NCBI GenBank assembly: GCA_027491415.1
Contig: JAOZFH010000014.1
Location: forward strand, 1-32,908
DNA length: 32,908 nt
Direction: 5' to 3'
Source: Thermoproteota archaeon
GTDB lineage: Archaea > Korarchaeota > Korarchaeia > Korarchaeales > Korarchaeaceae
The notes under the pieces were generated by a model, which saw only the letters and a program-made list of their open reading frames with translations, ran no database searches and was not told the origin of the DNA. Positions 1 to 9,230 of this stretch are shown in pieces. A program made the position numbers and the translations under genes. Each line of letters opens with the position of its first letter. Position 1 is the first letter of the stretch.

Positions 1-1177
1 GGCCCCTCTCGGCCTCGTAGAGGATGGTGTCCGCGCCGGCCCTCAGGAGGACGGTCACGGCCTTGGGGTTCTTGCAGTCCTCAACGAACACCATGCGATC
101 CTCACCGATCTTCCTCTCCTCCACAAGTCCCGCGTAGCCCAGCTCGGCCTCGGTGAGATCCTCAAGGTTGTTGACTATCTTCCCGCCGGTGGCTCTCTCG
201 AGCCTCTTCATGTCCTTCTCGCTGACCCTGCGGACGGCCATTATTCCCTTCTGGGCAAGGAAGTGCTGGGCCACCTCGTCGATGCCCTTCTGGCAGAAGA
301 CCACGTTGGCACCGGTAGCGGCGATCTTCTCCACCTTCTCCCTGAGGATCTGGGTCTCTTGGTCTATGAAGGCCCTCAACTCCTCTGGGCTGGATATCTG
401 GATCTCAACATCGATCTCGGGCTTCTTGACCTCGAGGGACAGGTTCAGGAGGGCAATCTTGGCGTCCCTGATGAGCTTCGGCATGTCCCTGTGGACGACC
501 TCCTTGTCGAGCACGACCCCCCTGATGAACTGGGTCTCGTCGAGGCTCTCTCCCTTCTTCTTCATGATCTTCACGTTGTCCACGTCTACGACCCTCTTTC
601 CGCCCTGCACCTCCTCAACGGCCTTGACGGCCTCGACAACGACCTCGGCCAGCTTCTTCCTCGCGCCCCTAACCAGCTTGCTGCTCATAGAGGTCTCGGC
701 AACCTTCTTGAGGAGTTCCAAGTCGTCGGGATCCACCTCTATGGCGATCTTGTCCAGTTCGCCCTCGACGAACCTCAGGGCTCTCTCATAGCCGTCTATG
801 ATGATTGTCGGGTGGATATCCTTGTTGAGAAGGTTCTCCGCCTCGGCCAATAGCTCCCCAGCCAGGACGACCGCGGTAGTGGTGCCGTCCCCCACCTCCT
901 TGTCCTGAGCCTTGGCGAGGTTGACCATGATCTTGGCGGCCGGGTGCGCGACCTCCATCTCCTCCAAGATCGTGGCGCCATCGTTGCTGATGGTGATGTC
1001 GCCCAGCGAGTCCACTATCATCTTGTCCATTCCCTTGGGGCCGAGGGTGGTCTTGATGGCGTCAGAGATGGCCCGAGCCGCCATTATATTGATCCTCCTC
1101 GCCTCTTCTCCTCTGGTCCGGGTGGTACCCTCCTTCAGTATGAGGACGGGTCTTCCGCCTATGGTCGCAAGAGCCAA
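1..1177 (-). CDS. ths: Thermosome (group II chaperonin) subunit, 3' end outside window
   Basis: Absent from the ORF track because it runs off the window; manual translation gives [17 protein letters not shown]...[11 protein letters not shown]...NDGATIL...[17 protein letters not shown]; TTG start at 1177 with GGGGGTGA SD upstream. Confidence 0.97.
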   Translation of the reverse strand, partial: MALATIGGRPVLILKEGTTRTRGEEARRINIMAARAISDAIKTTLGPKGMDKMIVDSLGDITISNDGATILEEMEVAHPAAKIMVNLAKAQDKEVGDGTTTAVVLAGELLAEAENLLNKDIHPTIIIDGYERALRFVEGELDKIAIEVDPDDLELLKKVAETSMSSKLVRGARKKLAEVVVEAVKAVEEVQGGKRVVDVDNVKIMKKKGESLDETQFIRGVVLDKEVVHRDMPKLIRDAKIALLNLSLEVKKPEIDVEIQISSPEELRAFIDQETQILREKVEKIAATGANVVFCQKGIDEVAQHFLAQKGIMAVRRVSEKDMKRLERATGGKIVNNLEDLTEAELGYAGLVEERKIGEDRMVFVEDCKNPKAVTVLLRAGADTILYEAERG

Positions 1178-1257
1178 TCCGTTCACCCCCCCAGGTTCCT
1201 ATTGAATCGGGACCTTCGGCTGCGGTCCCCTGATCCGTCGAAAGCGACCCGTTCCGC

Positions 1258-1270
1258 TATTTAAAATATT
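1258..1270. promoter_or_regulatory. AT-rich TATA-like element between divergent ths and phosphorylase genes
   Basis: TATTTAAAATATT is the main AT island in a GC-rich divergent gap. Confidence 0.6.
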
Positions 1271-1304
1271 GCCAGCTAGATAGGGAGCGGGGTGAGCGTC
1301 CAAA

Positions 1305-2123
1305 ATGCCCAAAGTTGGCATTATAGGCGGCAGCGGATTTTACGAGCTTCTAGAGGACCCTGAGAGGCTGATAGTCGACACGCCCTTCGGTCAGGTGAAG
1401 GTCGCGGTCGGCAAGATGGGGGGGAGTGAGGTCGCGTTCATACCGAGGCACGGTGAGAGGCACGAGGTGCCCCCCTTCATGGTCAACTACAGGGCGAACA
1501 TACTCGCCCTCCGCACCCTGGGGGTCGTCAGGATACTCGCCACCAACGCCGTGGGCTCCCTCTATCCCGCCTATGGCCCGGGCACGATACTTATACCCGA
1601 CGACCTCATCGACTTCACCAAGAATCGGCCGACGACCTTCTACGACGGGAAGACAAGAATCCGCATCGGAGACAGGGTAGTCGGCGGCGTCGTCCACGTG
1701 TCGATGACCCCGCACACCTACTGCCCGGAGCTGAGGGGCGCCCTCCTGGAGGCCGGAAGGGAGCTGGGGCTTGATTCGGTCGATGGGGGCGTGTACGTAT
1801 GCGCCGAGGGCAATAGGTTCGAGACGCCCGCCGAGATACGGGCCTTCAGGATGCTGGGCGGCACGGTTGTTGGGATGACCGGGTGCCCCGAGGCCATTCT
1901 GGCGAGGGAGGTGGCCGCCTGCTACGCCACGGTGACCGTGGTGACCAACTACGCCGCCGGAGTATCCGGCCCGGCCAAGCTCACCCACGACGAGGTCAAG
2001 GAGGTCTTCGCCCGCAGAATAGAGGACGTGAAGTCCATGCTCAGGATCGCCGTGGAGAGAATACCCCAAGAGAGGTCCTGCGCCTGTAAGGACGCTCTTG
2101 AGGGGGCGGTGGTGGAGCCTTGA
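1305..2123 (+). CDS. MTAP/PNP-family nucleoside phosphorylase, probably 6-oxopurine or methylthioinosine type
   Basis: GIIGGSG, PRHG..H, NYRANI, FETPAE, VGMT, VTNYAAG, C-terminal CxC. Confidence 0.9.
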   Translation: MPKVGIIGGSGFYELLEDPERLIVDTPFGQVKVAVGKMGGSEVAFIPRHGERHEVPPFMVNYRANILALRTLGVVRILATNAVGSLYPAYGPGTILIPDDLIDFTKNRPTTFYDGKTRIRIGDRVVGGVVHVSMTPHTYCPELRGALLEAGRELGLDSVDGGVYVCAEGNRFETPAEIRAFRMLGGTVVGMTGCPEAILAREVAACYATVTVVTNYAAGVSGPAKLTHDEVKEVFARRIEDVKSMLRIAVERIPQERSCACKDALEGAVVEP

Positions 2124-2164
2124 GGCTCACTGCCACCAGAATCAACCTCACATGGGGGGCAAAG

Positions 2165-3373
2165 GTGGAGGCCCTCCCCAAGATCGAGGACCTGAACGTG
2201 GAGGGGAAGAAGGTCTTCGTCAGGGTGGACATGAACGTCCCGGTGGAGAGGGGGGACGGCCCGGAGCCCGTGATCATGGACGCCACGAAGATCGAGCAGG
2301 CTGCCGCAACCCTCCGCGAGCTGCTCGATAACGGAGCCGCGGTCGTCGTCGGCACCCACCAGGGGAGGCCTGGGAGCCCAGACTTCATTAGCACGGAAGC
2401 CCACGCCAAGATTCTGAGTCAGATCCTCGGGATGGATGTGCAGTGGACCGACTCCGTCGTTGGAAGCGCCGCGAGGGAGAAGATCCGAGGCCTCAGGCCG
2501 GGGGAGCTGCTCATGCTGGAGAACCTCAGGTTCCACTCGGAGGAGAACCTCGAGGACGAACCTGAGAAGCTCGTGAGGACGCACATGGCAAGGAGGCTGG
2601 CCCCGCTCTTCGACGCATACGTTGACGACGCATTCCAGGCGGCGCACCGCTCTCAGCCCTCTCTGGTCGCTTTCCCGCTCTTGCTCCCCTCAGCCGCAGG
2701 CAGGCTCCTCGTAACGATGCTCAGAGAGCTGGCGGAGATTCACAAGGTCCAAGGAAGGAGGGTCTTCGCTCTTGGGGGAGCGAAGCTCGAGGACAAGATA
2801 AGGGTGCTTGACGCGTCTCTCAGGGGCGGGCTGGTAGACCTAGTAATCACGGGTGGTCTGCTGGGCGTCTTGATGGCCGAGGCGGCCGGCAACAAGATAC
2901 CGAGCACCGCCGCAACGTACAAGAGGAGGGAGATCCTCTTGCCCGCGGCCAAGAGGCTACTGACCGAGTTCCAGGAGAAGATACTCTACCCAGTGGACTT
3001 CGTCGTCTGGGATCCGGACACGGACGAGATCTCTCACGCCCCCGTTTACAACGTGCCAGAGGGCAAGGTCATCGTGGACGTGGGACCGGGCACGACCGGA
3101 ATCTACGCCGACGCATTGGCCGACTCAGACATAGTGGTGGCGAACGGGCCGTTCGGCATGTTCGAGGATCCCAGATTTAGGAAGGGGACCCTGGATTTCG
3201 TCAGATCCTGCTCGAGGGCAAAGAAGGAGGTGGTGTTCTGCGGAGGTCACCTCAGCTTGGCCGCAAAGTTGGCCGGCCTGGAGGAGGGCAGGATTTACAC
3301 GGCGGGGGGCGCCATTCTCTACGCCCTCTCGGGCCTACCCCTGCCAGCAGTCGACGTGTTACTGAGGAGGTGA
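2165..3373 (+). CDS. pgk: Phosphoglycerate kinase
   Basis: RVDMNVP, HQGRP, LENLRF, DAFQAAHR, GGAK..DK, NGPFGMFE; GTG 2165 preferred over TTG 2120. Confidence 0.95.
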   Translation: MEALPKIEDLNVEGKKVFVRVDMNVPVERGDGPEPVIMDATKIEQAAATLRELLDNGAAVVVGTHQGRPGSPDFISTEAHAKILSQILGMDVQWTDSVVGSAAREKIRGLRPGELLMLENLRFHSEENLEDEPEKLVRTHMARRLAPLFDAYVDDAFQAAHRSQPSLVAFPLLLPSAAGRLLVTMLRELAEIHKVQGRRVFALGGAKLEDKIRVLDASLRGGLVDLVITGGLLGVLMAEAAGNKIPSTAATYKRREILLPAAKRLLTEFQEKILYPVDFVVWDPDTDEISHAPVYNVPEGKVIVDVGPGTTGIYADALADSDIVVANGPFGMFEDPRFRKGTLDFVRSCSRAKKEVVFCGGHLSLAAKLAGLEEGRIYTAGGAILYALSGLPLPAVDVLLRR

Positions 3374-3380
3374 GGTCCGT

Positions 3381-4418
3381 ATGATAAGGGTGGGCGTGGT
3401 GGGCTACGGGACTATAGGCTCGAGGGTCGCGGATGCCGTCAGGTCCCAGTCAGACATGAAGCTGGTCGGGGTGGTCAAGCCCACGCCAGACTACAGGGCG
3501 GAGATCGCGGTCAGCCTGAGGGGGGTAAGGTTCTTCGCGCCCTCGGAGGGCGGCCTACGGGCGTGGCGAGAGAGGGGGCTGCCGATTCATGGAACGCTCG
3601 ACGATCTCCTGCGTGAGGTGGATGTCGTCGTGGACACGACCCCCGGGGGCAAGGGCCGGGGTATGCGGGACACGTACGAGTCCACTGGTGTCAAGGCCAT
3701 CTTCCAGGGGGGCGAGCCGCCGGATGTGGCTGAGGTAAGCTTCGTCGCCCAAGTCAACTACGATGCGGCCAGGGGGAGGCGGTTCGTGAGGGTGGTCTCC
3801 TGCAACACCACGGGCTTGGCCAGGCTCCTCTACGCGCTCGACAGGGAGTTCGGTGTAGAGAGGGCCATAGTGACGCTCGTTAGGAGGGCGGCCGATCCAA
3901 AGGAGGTCAAGAAGGGCCCCATCGACGCCCTAGTTCCGGACCCGCCGAGGATCCCTTCTCACCACGGACCCGACCTGCAGACCGTGGTCCCGGGGCTCAA
4001 CGTGATCACCATGGCCGTCAAGGCTCCAACGACGCACAGCCACGTGCACAGCCTGGCGGTCAAGCTGGGCCGGGAGACCAGCAGAGAGGATGTCCTCGGG
4101 ATGCTCTCGTCGGAGAGGAGAATCGTGCTCGTGTCGGCGGCCTCCGGATTCAGGTCAACCGCAGACGTCCTGGACATTGGACGGGAACTCGGCAGGCCCA
4201 GGGCTGACATCTACGAGAACGTCGTCTGGGCCGACTCGGTGAGCGTGAACGGGCGGTGGCTCTACCTGTTCCAGGCGATACACCAGGAGGCGATTGTGAT
4301 CCCAGAGAACATCGACGCAATAAGGGCCATCGCCACCGATCTGTCTGCGGAGAGGTCCATGGATCTAACGGATGCGTCGCTGGGAGTCAAATCGGGTAGG
4401 ATCTTCAGGCCCCCCTGA
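3381..4418 (+). CDS. gap: Archaeal class II glyceraldehyde-3-phosphate dehydrogenase
   Basis: GYGTIGSRVADAV, VVSCNTTGL catalytic Cys, SHHGPD, HQEAIVIPENIDAIRA. Confidence 0.97.
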   Translation: MIRVGVVGYGTIGSRVADAVRSQSDMKLVGVVKPTPDYRAEIAVSLRGVRFFAPSEGGLRAWRERGLPIHGTLDDLLREVDVVVDTTPGGKGRGMRDTYESTGVKAIFQGGEPPDVAEVSFVAQVNYDAARGRRFVRVVSCNTTGLARLLYALDREFGVERAIVTLVRRAADPKEVKKGPIDALVPDPPRIPSHHGPDLQTVVPGLNVITMAVKAPTTHSHVHSLAVKLGRETSREDVLGMLSSERRIVLVSAASGFRSTADVLDIGRELGRPRADIYENVVWADSVSVNGRWLYLFQAIHQEAIVIPENIDAIRAIATDLSAERSMDLTDASLGVKSGRIFRPP

Positions 4419-4424
4419 GGCTCA

Positions 4425-4952
4425 TCAGCTCCTCCCCTTGGCCTTCTTCGCCTTGCCTCTCTCCTTGCCCCTGATCTCCCTAGCCTCCCCCCTCCCCTCC
4501 TGCTCTGGCTCTAGAGACCCCTCGGCGAGGAGCGTTAGGTGCTTCCAGCCGGAGGCCAGTATGCTATAGGCCAGCGCCGAGAAGGCGAGCGTGGTCAGCA
4601 GAGTCTCGCCGGTCCTCGCAGCCAGGGCCGACGCGAGCCCGAGCAGAGGTATCTCCAGCCCCCCAATTATCAGGACTCTGCTGAAGGGCCTGGGATCGCC
4701 CTTCCTTATCGCTTTCACGGCCCTATCGGCGTAGAAGAAGAGGAGAATCGCGACCATCAGCGCCGCCAGGTTCAGGGGGCCGTATCCCGGTATGAGGGGG
4801 CATCCCATACGTCCGCATGCCAGTGCCCCGATGAGCATGGAACCCGCCGGACCTAGACATGCCCAGGCCGTCGCCAGACCCAGCTTCTGTAGAGCAGACT
4901 CCTCAAGCCTTGGACCCGATAAGGGTCCGCTCCTAGCCTTTGGCGTTGACAT
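4425..4952 (-). CDS. Hypothetical membrane protein (about 4 TM) with basic C-terminal tail
   Basis: 175-aa ORF fills the gap-tuf interval; four hydrophobic segments; TATA-like element about 23 nt upstream. Confidence 0.65.
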   Translation of the reverse strand: MSTPKARSGPLSGPRLEESALQKLGLATAWACLGPAGSMLIGALACGRMGCPLIPGYGPLNLAALMVAILLFFYADRAVKAIRKGDPRPFSRVLIIGGLEIPLLGLASALAARTGETLLTTLAFSALAYSILASGWKHLTLLAEGSLEPEQEGRGEAREIRGKERGKAKKAKGRS

Positions 4953-4974
4953 CGGCTCCAGCCCCGCTCAAATA

Positions 4975-4986
4975 AGTTTTAAAACT
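4975..4986. promoter_or_regulatory. Palindromic TATA element, probably bidirectional
   Basis: AGTTTTAAAACT perfect palindrome between divergent genes. Confidence 0.6.
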
Positions 4987-5048
4987 CGAACGTAAAAAAC
5001 CCAAGGACCCGCGTGAGTGCGGCATTCGTGTGTAGAGGGTGATGAGAG

Positions 5049-6314
5049 ATGCCCGAGAAGGAGCACGTGAACGTCGTGTTCGTGGGACACGTCGACCACG
5101 GCAAGTCCACCCTGATAGGCAGGCTGTACTGGGACGCCGGTATAATCAAGGAGCTCCCGCCCGAGGAGCTGGCTCACGACGCCAAGTTCGCCTGGGTCGT
5201 GGACAGGCTCAAGGAGGAGAGAGAGCGCGGAATGACCATCGACCTGTTCCACACCAAGCTCGAGACCCCCCACAAGCTGATCACAATCATCGACGCCCCA
5301 GGCCACAGGGACTTCGTCAAGAACATGATCACCGGCGCCAGCCAGGCCGACGCCGCGGTCCTCGTGGTCTCTGCCAAGAGGGGAGAGGGAGTCCAGGCCC
5401 AGACCATCGAGCACGTCTTCCTGATCAAGACCCTCGGCGTGAACCAGCTGGCCGTCGCCATCTCCAAGATGGACGACCCGACCGTTAACTACAGTAAGGA
5501 GAGGTTCGAGGAGCTGAAGGAGCAGGTCTCTGAGCTCCTGAGGAAGGTCGGCTACAACCCCGATGAGATCCAGTTCGTCCCCTGCAGCGGTCTTGAGGGC
5601 GACAACGTCTATCGGAAGAGTGACAAGATGCCGTGGTATGACGGCCCGACCCTGTTCGAGGTGATGGACACCTTCAAGGCCCCGCCGAAGCCCGTCGACA
5701 AGCCGCTGAGGATCCCCGTGCAGGACGTCTTCTCCATCACCGGAGTCGGCACCGTGGTCGTCGGCAGGGTCGAGACGGGCGTCATCAAGCCCGGCGACAC
5801 CGTGATCATCGAGCCGCTGCACAAGACCGCTGAGGTCAAGAGCATCGAGATGCACCACGAGAAGCTGCCCAAGGCCGAGCCCGGCGATAACATAGGCATC
5901 AACCTCAAGGGCATCGAGAGGAAGGAGATCAAGAGGGGCGACGTCATCGGCCACCCGAACAACCCGCCCACCGTGGTGGAGGAGTTCACCGCCCAGATAG
6001 TGGTGCTCCAGCACCCCACCGCCATAGCCGCCGGCTACACCCCCGTGATCCACGCCCACACCGGTCACGTGTCCGCGAGGATCACCGAGCTCGTGAAGAA
6101 GCTCGATCCCAGGACCGGCCAAGTCATCGAGGAGAACCCGTCCTTCATCAAGAAGGGAGACGCCGCCATAGTCAAGATGAGGCCCATCAAGCCCTTCGTC
6201 CTCGAGAAGTACCAGGACTTCCCGCAGCTGGGCAGGTTCGCCGTCAGGGACATGGGCATCACGGTAGCCGCCGGCATAGTGCTCGACGTCAAGCCCCTCG
6301 AGAGGAAGAAGTGA
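5049..6314 (+). CDS. tuf: Elongation factor 1-alpha
   Basis: [51 protein letters not shown]; SD GGGTGA. Confidence 0.99.
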   Translation: MPEKEHVNVVFVGHVDHGKSTLIGRLYWDAGIIKELPPEELAHDAKFAWVVDRLKEERERGMTIDLFHTKLETPHKLITIIDAPGHRDFVKNMITGASQADAAVLVVSAKRGEGVQAQTIEHVFLIKTLGVNQLAVAISKMDDPTVNYSKERFEELKEQVSELLRKVGYNPDEIQFVPCSGLEGDNVYRKSDKMPWYDGPTLFEVMDTFKAPPKPVDKPLRIPVQDVFSITGVGTVVVGRVETGVIKPGDTVIIEPLHKTAEVKSIEMHHEKLPKAEPGDNIGINLKGIERKEIKRGDVIGHPNNPPTVVEEFTAQIVVLQHPTAIAAGYTPVIHAHTGHVSARITELVKKLDPRTGQVIEENPSFIKKGDAAIVKMRPIKPFVLEKYQDFPQLGRFAVRDMGITVAAGIVLDVKPLERKK

Positions 6315-6384
6315 GGGGTCGATCCTCCCCCCACCCTTTTATTTGCGGCGAGTAAAGAGGGGCCTGCGAGGGACGGGATAGAGT

Positions 6385-6699
6385 ATGGTGGAGAGGTTGA
6401 GGATAGAGCTGGTCAGCACCAACGTGAGCAGCTTGGAGTCCACCGCGAGGGAGTTTCGCGAGGTCGCCGAGAAGATGGGCGTCAGAATTCGGGGTCCCAT
6501 CCCCCTGCCCACTAAGAGGCTGAGGGTCACGACACTCCGGAACCCGTCGGGGGAGGGCACAAACAGGTACGACAGGTTTGAACTGAGGATACACAAGAGG
6601 ATCATAGACGTCCTCAACCCGGACGAGAGGTTCATCCGGAGGATAATGGGTATCTCCATACCCGAAGACGTCAAGATCAGCATCGTGATGCTGGCGTGA
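6385..6699 (+). CDS. rps10: 30S ribosomal protein S10 (uS10)
   Basis: GPIPLPTK, LRIHKRIID; follows tuf. Confidence 0.97.
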   Translation: MVERLRIELVSTNVSSLESTAREFREVAEKMGVRIRGPIPLPTKRLRVTTLRNPSGEGTNRYDRFELRIHKRIIDVLNPDERFIRRIMGISIPEDVKISIVMLA

Positions 6700-6713
6700 G
6701 CCAGCATCACGAT
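6682..6713. repeat. Perfect 14-bp inverted repeat with GTGA loop spanning the rps10 stop codon
   Basis: ATCGTGATGCTGGC-GTGA-GCCAGCATCACGAT. Confidence 0.9.
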
Positions 6714-6781
6714 TATCGCTCCTCTCACTCCTTGTCGCTTCCGTCGCCATCCATCGACCTTCGCGGTCGCTGAAGGAGAGG

Positions 6782-6873
6782 TGGCGCCGGGGGTGGGATT
6801 TGAACCCACGCGGCCCCCGAGGGGCCACCGGCTCTCAAGGCCGGCGCCTTGGTCCGGGCTAGGCTACCCCGGC
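6782..6873 (-). tRNA. tRNA-Ser(UGA), encoded CCA, no intron
   Basis: GCCGGGG acceptor, anticodon arm CCGGC-CT-TGA-GA-GCCGG, long variable arm, GGTTCAAATCC T arm, G discriminator plus CCA. Confidence 0.95.
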
Positions 6874-6969
6874 CCATCAAATACCCGTGACTCCGGATAA
6901 AAAGGTGTGAAGTAGGTGAGGGCCTACCCCCCGGGTAGCCAAGCCGGTGGTGGCGAGGGGCTGAAGCCC

Positions 6970-7365
6970 TCACTTGAGGGGCACGTACTTGCTGGACCTG
7001 GTGGCCCCCTTTCCAGGCCGGCCGTGCTGGACTACCCTGTTGGTCATGGCGAACTCGCCGAGGTAGTGCCCTATCATCTCTGGGGTGATCTGAACCTCCA
7101 CAAACTCCTTCCCGTTGTGAACGGCGATCTTCATGCCTACCATCTCAGGGAGGACGGGCATGTCCCTCCTGTGGGTCCTTATCACTTTGTTCACGCCCGC
7201 GACCTTGTACTTCCTGATCTTCTCCAGCAGCTTCTTGTTCTCGGGCGACAGTCCCCTCCTGAGGGTTCTCCTTATCCTCGCCGGCATGACCTCCGCCAGC
7301 TCATCGAGCGTCATCTGAGTGAGCTGCTCCAGCGTGTACCCCCTGTAAGTAAATTCCTTGGGCAT
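6970..7365 (-). CDS. rps19: 30S ribosomal protein S19 (uS19)
   Basis: [40 protein letters not shown]. Confidence 0.98.
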   Translation of the reverse strand: MPKEFTYRGYTLEQLTQMTLDELAEVMPARIRRTLRRGLSPENKKLLEKIRKYKVAGVNKVIRTHRRDMPVLPEMVGMKIAVHNGKEFVEVQITPEMIGHYLGEFAMTNRVVQHGRPGKGATRSSKYVPLK

Positions 7366-7391
7366 TCCTCAGATTCCCCCTCACTCCGCCT

Positions 7392-7403
7392 CATATAAGG
7401 TTT
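7392..7403 (-). promoter_or_regulatory. Internal BRE/TATA-like element upstream of rps19
   Basis: Minus-strand AAACCTTATATG, nearly the same as the rRNA promoter motif AAACCTTATATA. Confidence 0.5.
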
Positions 7404-7409
7404 GGTTCT

Positions 7410-8141
7410 CTACAGCTTGGCGCGCTTCTTGGCCCTTCCGGTCTTCCTTGCGGCTATGTGCCCGACCTTCTGGCCTGGAGGAGCCGTTCTCGGTACCGTG
7501 GTGGGCTTTCCGGGTCTCTTGTGCGATCCTCCGCCGTGCGGGTGGCTGGCCGCGTTCATGGCGACGCCCCTGACCTTTGGCCAGCGCTTGGGGTGAACCC
7601 TCTCGCGATAGTACGCGTTGCCCGCCTTCAGGAGGGGCTTCTCCGTCCTCCCGCCGCCGGCGACCACGCCTATGGTGGCCCTGGCCTTGGCGGAGACTAC
7701 CTTATCCTTCCCAGAGGGGAGCCTCAGGATCACGCGGTCTCCGTCGTGAGAGAACACCAGCGCGTAGGTCCCGCTCCTCCTGGCTATCTTCCCGCCGTCC
7801 CCGGGCCTGATCTCAACGTTGCAGACCAGCGTTCCGTCCGGTATGTCCGCCAGGGGGAGAACGTTGCCGGTGACGGGTTCGGCCCCTGGACCTATCTCGA
7901 TCTCTTGGCCGACGTAGGCCCCCTCGGGTGGGATGTAGGTTATTTCCTCGCCGGTCTCCAAGACGACTCTGGCGAGAGGGGTCCACCTGGCGGGCTCGTG
8001 GAGGAACTCAACGACCCTTCCCTTCACCTTCTCCTTCAGTCCCACCTGGGGGTACCTGGCTGGGCCTATCTTCAGGTGAGCGCGAGACCTGAACTGTATC
8101 CCGCCCCTCCCCTTCCTCTGAACCAGGATCCTCTTACCCAT
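7410..8141 (-). CDS. rpl2: 50S ribosomal protein L2 (uL2)
   Basis: MGKRILVQRKGRG, GVAMNAASHPHGGG, GQKVGHIAARKTG. Confidence 0.99.
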   Translation of the reverse strand: MGKRILVQRKGRGGIQFRSRAHLKIGPARYPQVGLKEKVKGRVVEFLHEPARWTPLARVVLETGEEITYIPPEGAYVGQEIEIGPGAEPVTGNVLPLADIPDGTLVCNVEIRPGDGGKIARRSGTYALVFSHDGDRVILRLPSGKDKVVSAKARATIGVVAGGGRTEKPLLKAGNAYYRERVHPKRWPKVRGVAMNAASHPHGGGSHKRPGKPTTVPRTAPPGQKVGHIAARKTGRAKKRAKL

Positions 8142-8152
8142 CGATCACCACC

Positions 8153-8419
8153 TCACAGTATTCCGAGCTGAGAGGCCACGTCTCTGGCGCTGTACTCGGG
8201 GGCGAGCCTGACGTAGGCCTTCTTCTCTCCCTTGGCTGTTATCAAGACGTTGACCTTTGCCACCTTCACGTCGAAGGCCTCCTCGACGGCCCTCTTGATC
8301 ATCAGCCTGTTGGCCCTCCTGTCGACTATGAAGACGAGCTTGTTCTGGGTGTCGAGGAGCTGAACGGCCTTCTCCGTTGCCACGGGCCTTATGAGCACCT
8401 TGAAGGGGTCGAGCTCCAC
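8153..8419 (-). CDS. rpl23: 50S ribosomal protein L23 (uL23)
   Basis: [24 protein letters not shown]. Confidence 0.98.
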   Translation of the reverse strand: MELDPFKVLIRPVATEKAVQLLDTQNKLVFIVDRRANRLMIKRAVEEAFDVKVAKVNVLITAKGEKKAYVRLAPEYSARDVASQLGIL

Positions 8420-8426
8420 CTCTCAA

Positions 8427-9230
8427 TCACCTCCTCAGGAACGGCACCTGCTCCTCCCTGAGGGCCTCGATGGCGCCGACGGTCCATATGGTCAGCCTGC
8501 CCGGTACTCCTCCCGGAGCGAGGTGAATGACCCCCACGTTCCTCACGCTGACGACGTCGACCCCGGGCACGTTCCTGGCCGCCCTCGATATGCCCTCGTC
8601 CTCGTGGTACACCACCAGCGGTCCCTTGGCCCTCTGCCTGACCCTGCCCCTCATCTTGCCCCTCCCAGCCCTTATCTTCCTGAACCTCCTCTTGAGCCTC
8701 TCGAGTTCCCCTTGGAGACCTAGCCTCAGCAAGAACCCATGAAAGTCCTTAGTCTTCTGGATTGAGGCCAGATCGTCTACCACTACCACTGGAACTTCCT
8801 TGAGTTCGCCCAGCCTGTGCCGAGCGGACACCAACTCGAGCGAGGCGGTCGCAGCGATGGCCGACCTTATGGCCAGCCTCCGCTCCTTCCTGTTGATTCT
8901 CTCCCACACCACCTTGTCGGCCCTCGGGGCCTGTATCCTCACGCCTCCAACGGCCTGATTGGCCCTCGCCCCCCTCGATGCGGCTGGGTAGCCCCTGCCC
9001 TTGACCCTGGGTACCCTGGCAACGCCGTGACCTGCGCCCCACGACTCGGCCGACGTCCTGAGCCCCGCGAGCGGGTCCCTGCCCTGCGGCTGTATCCTGG
9101 CCGTGAGGCTGGATAGGTAAGCCCTTCTGATCACGTCGGGCCTAACCGGAGTCAGGAAGACCTCAGGGAGCTCCAGCTCGTCAACGACCTGGGCTTCCAG
9201 GTCGAGGATAGGCCTCTTGATGTCGCTCAC
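8427..9230 (-). CDS. rpl4: 50S ribosomal protein L4 (uL4)
   Basis: SAESWGAGHGVARVPR, INRKERRLA, HLAPGGVPGRLTIWT. Confidence 0.98.
   Translation of the reverse strand: MSDIKRPILDLEAQVVDELELPEVFLTPVRPDVIRRAYLSSLTARIQPQGRDPLAGLRTSAESWGAGHGVARVPRVKGRGYPAASRGARANQAVGGVRIQAPRADKVVWERINRKERRLAIRSAIAATASLELVSARHRLGELKEVPVVVVDDLASIQKTKDFHGFLLRLGLQGELERLKRRFRKIRAGRGKMRGRVRQRAKGPLVVYHEDEGISRAARNVPGVDVVSVRNVGVIHLAPGGVPGRLTIWTVGAIEALREEQVPFLRR

Noticed and set aside
153-1264. Several plus-strand ORFs over the thermosome
   Set aside because: Antisense shadows of a GC3-biased gene; the same applies to long shadow ORFs such as 4968-6122, 9383-10243 and 14272-15072.
6696-6699. Selenocysteine or readthrough at the rps10 UGA
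   Set aside because: S10 is already full length, no SECIS-like motif is evident, and the extension would run antisense into tRNA-Ser.
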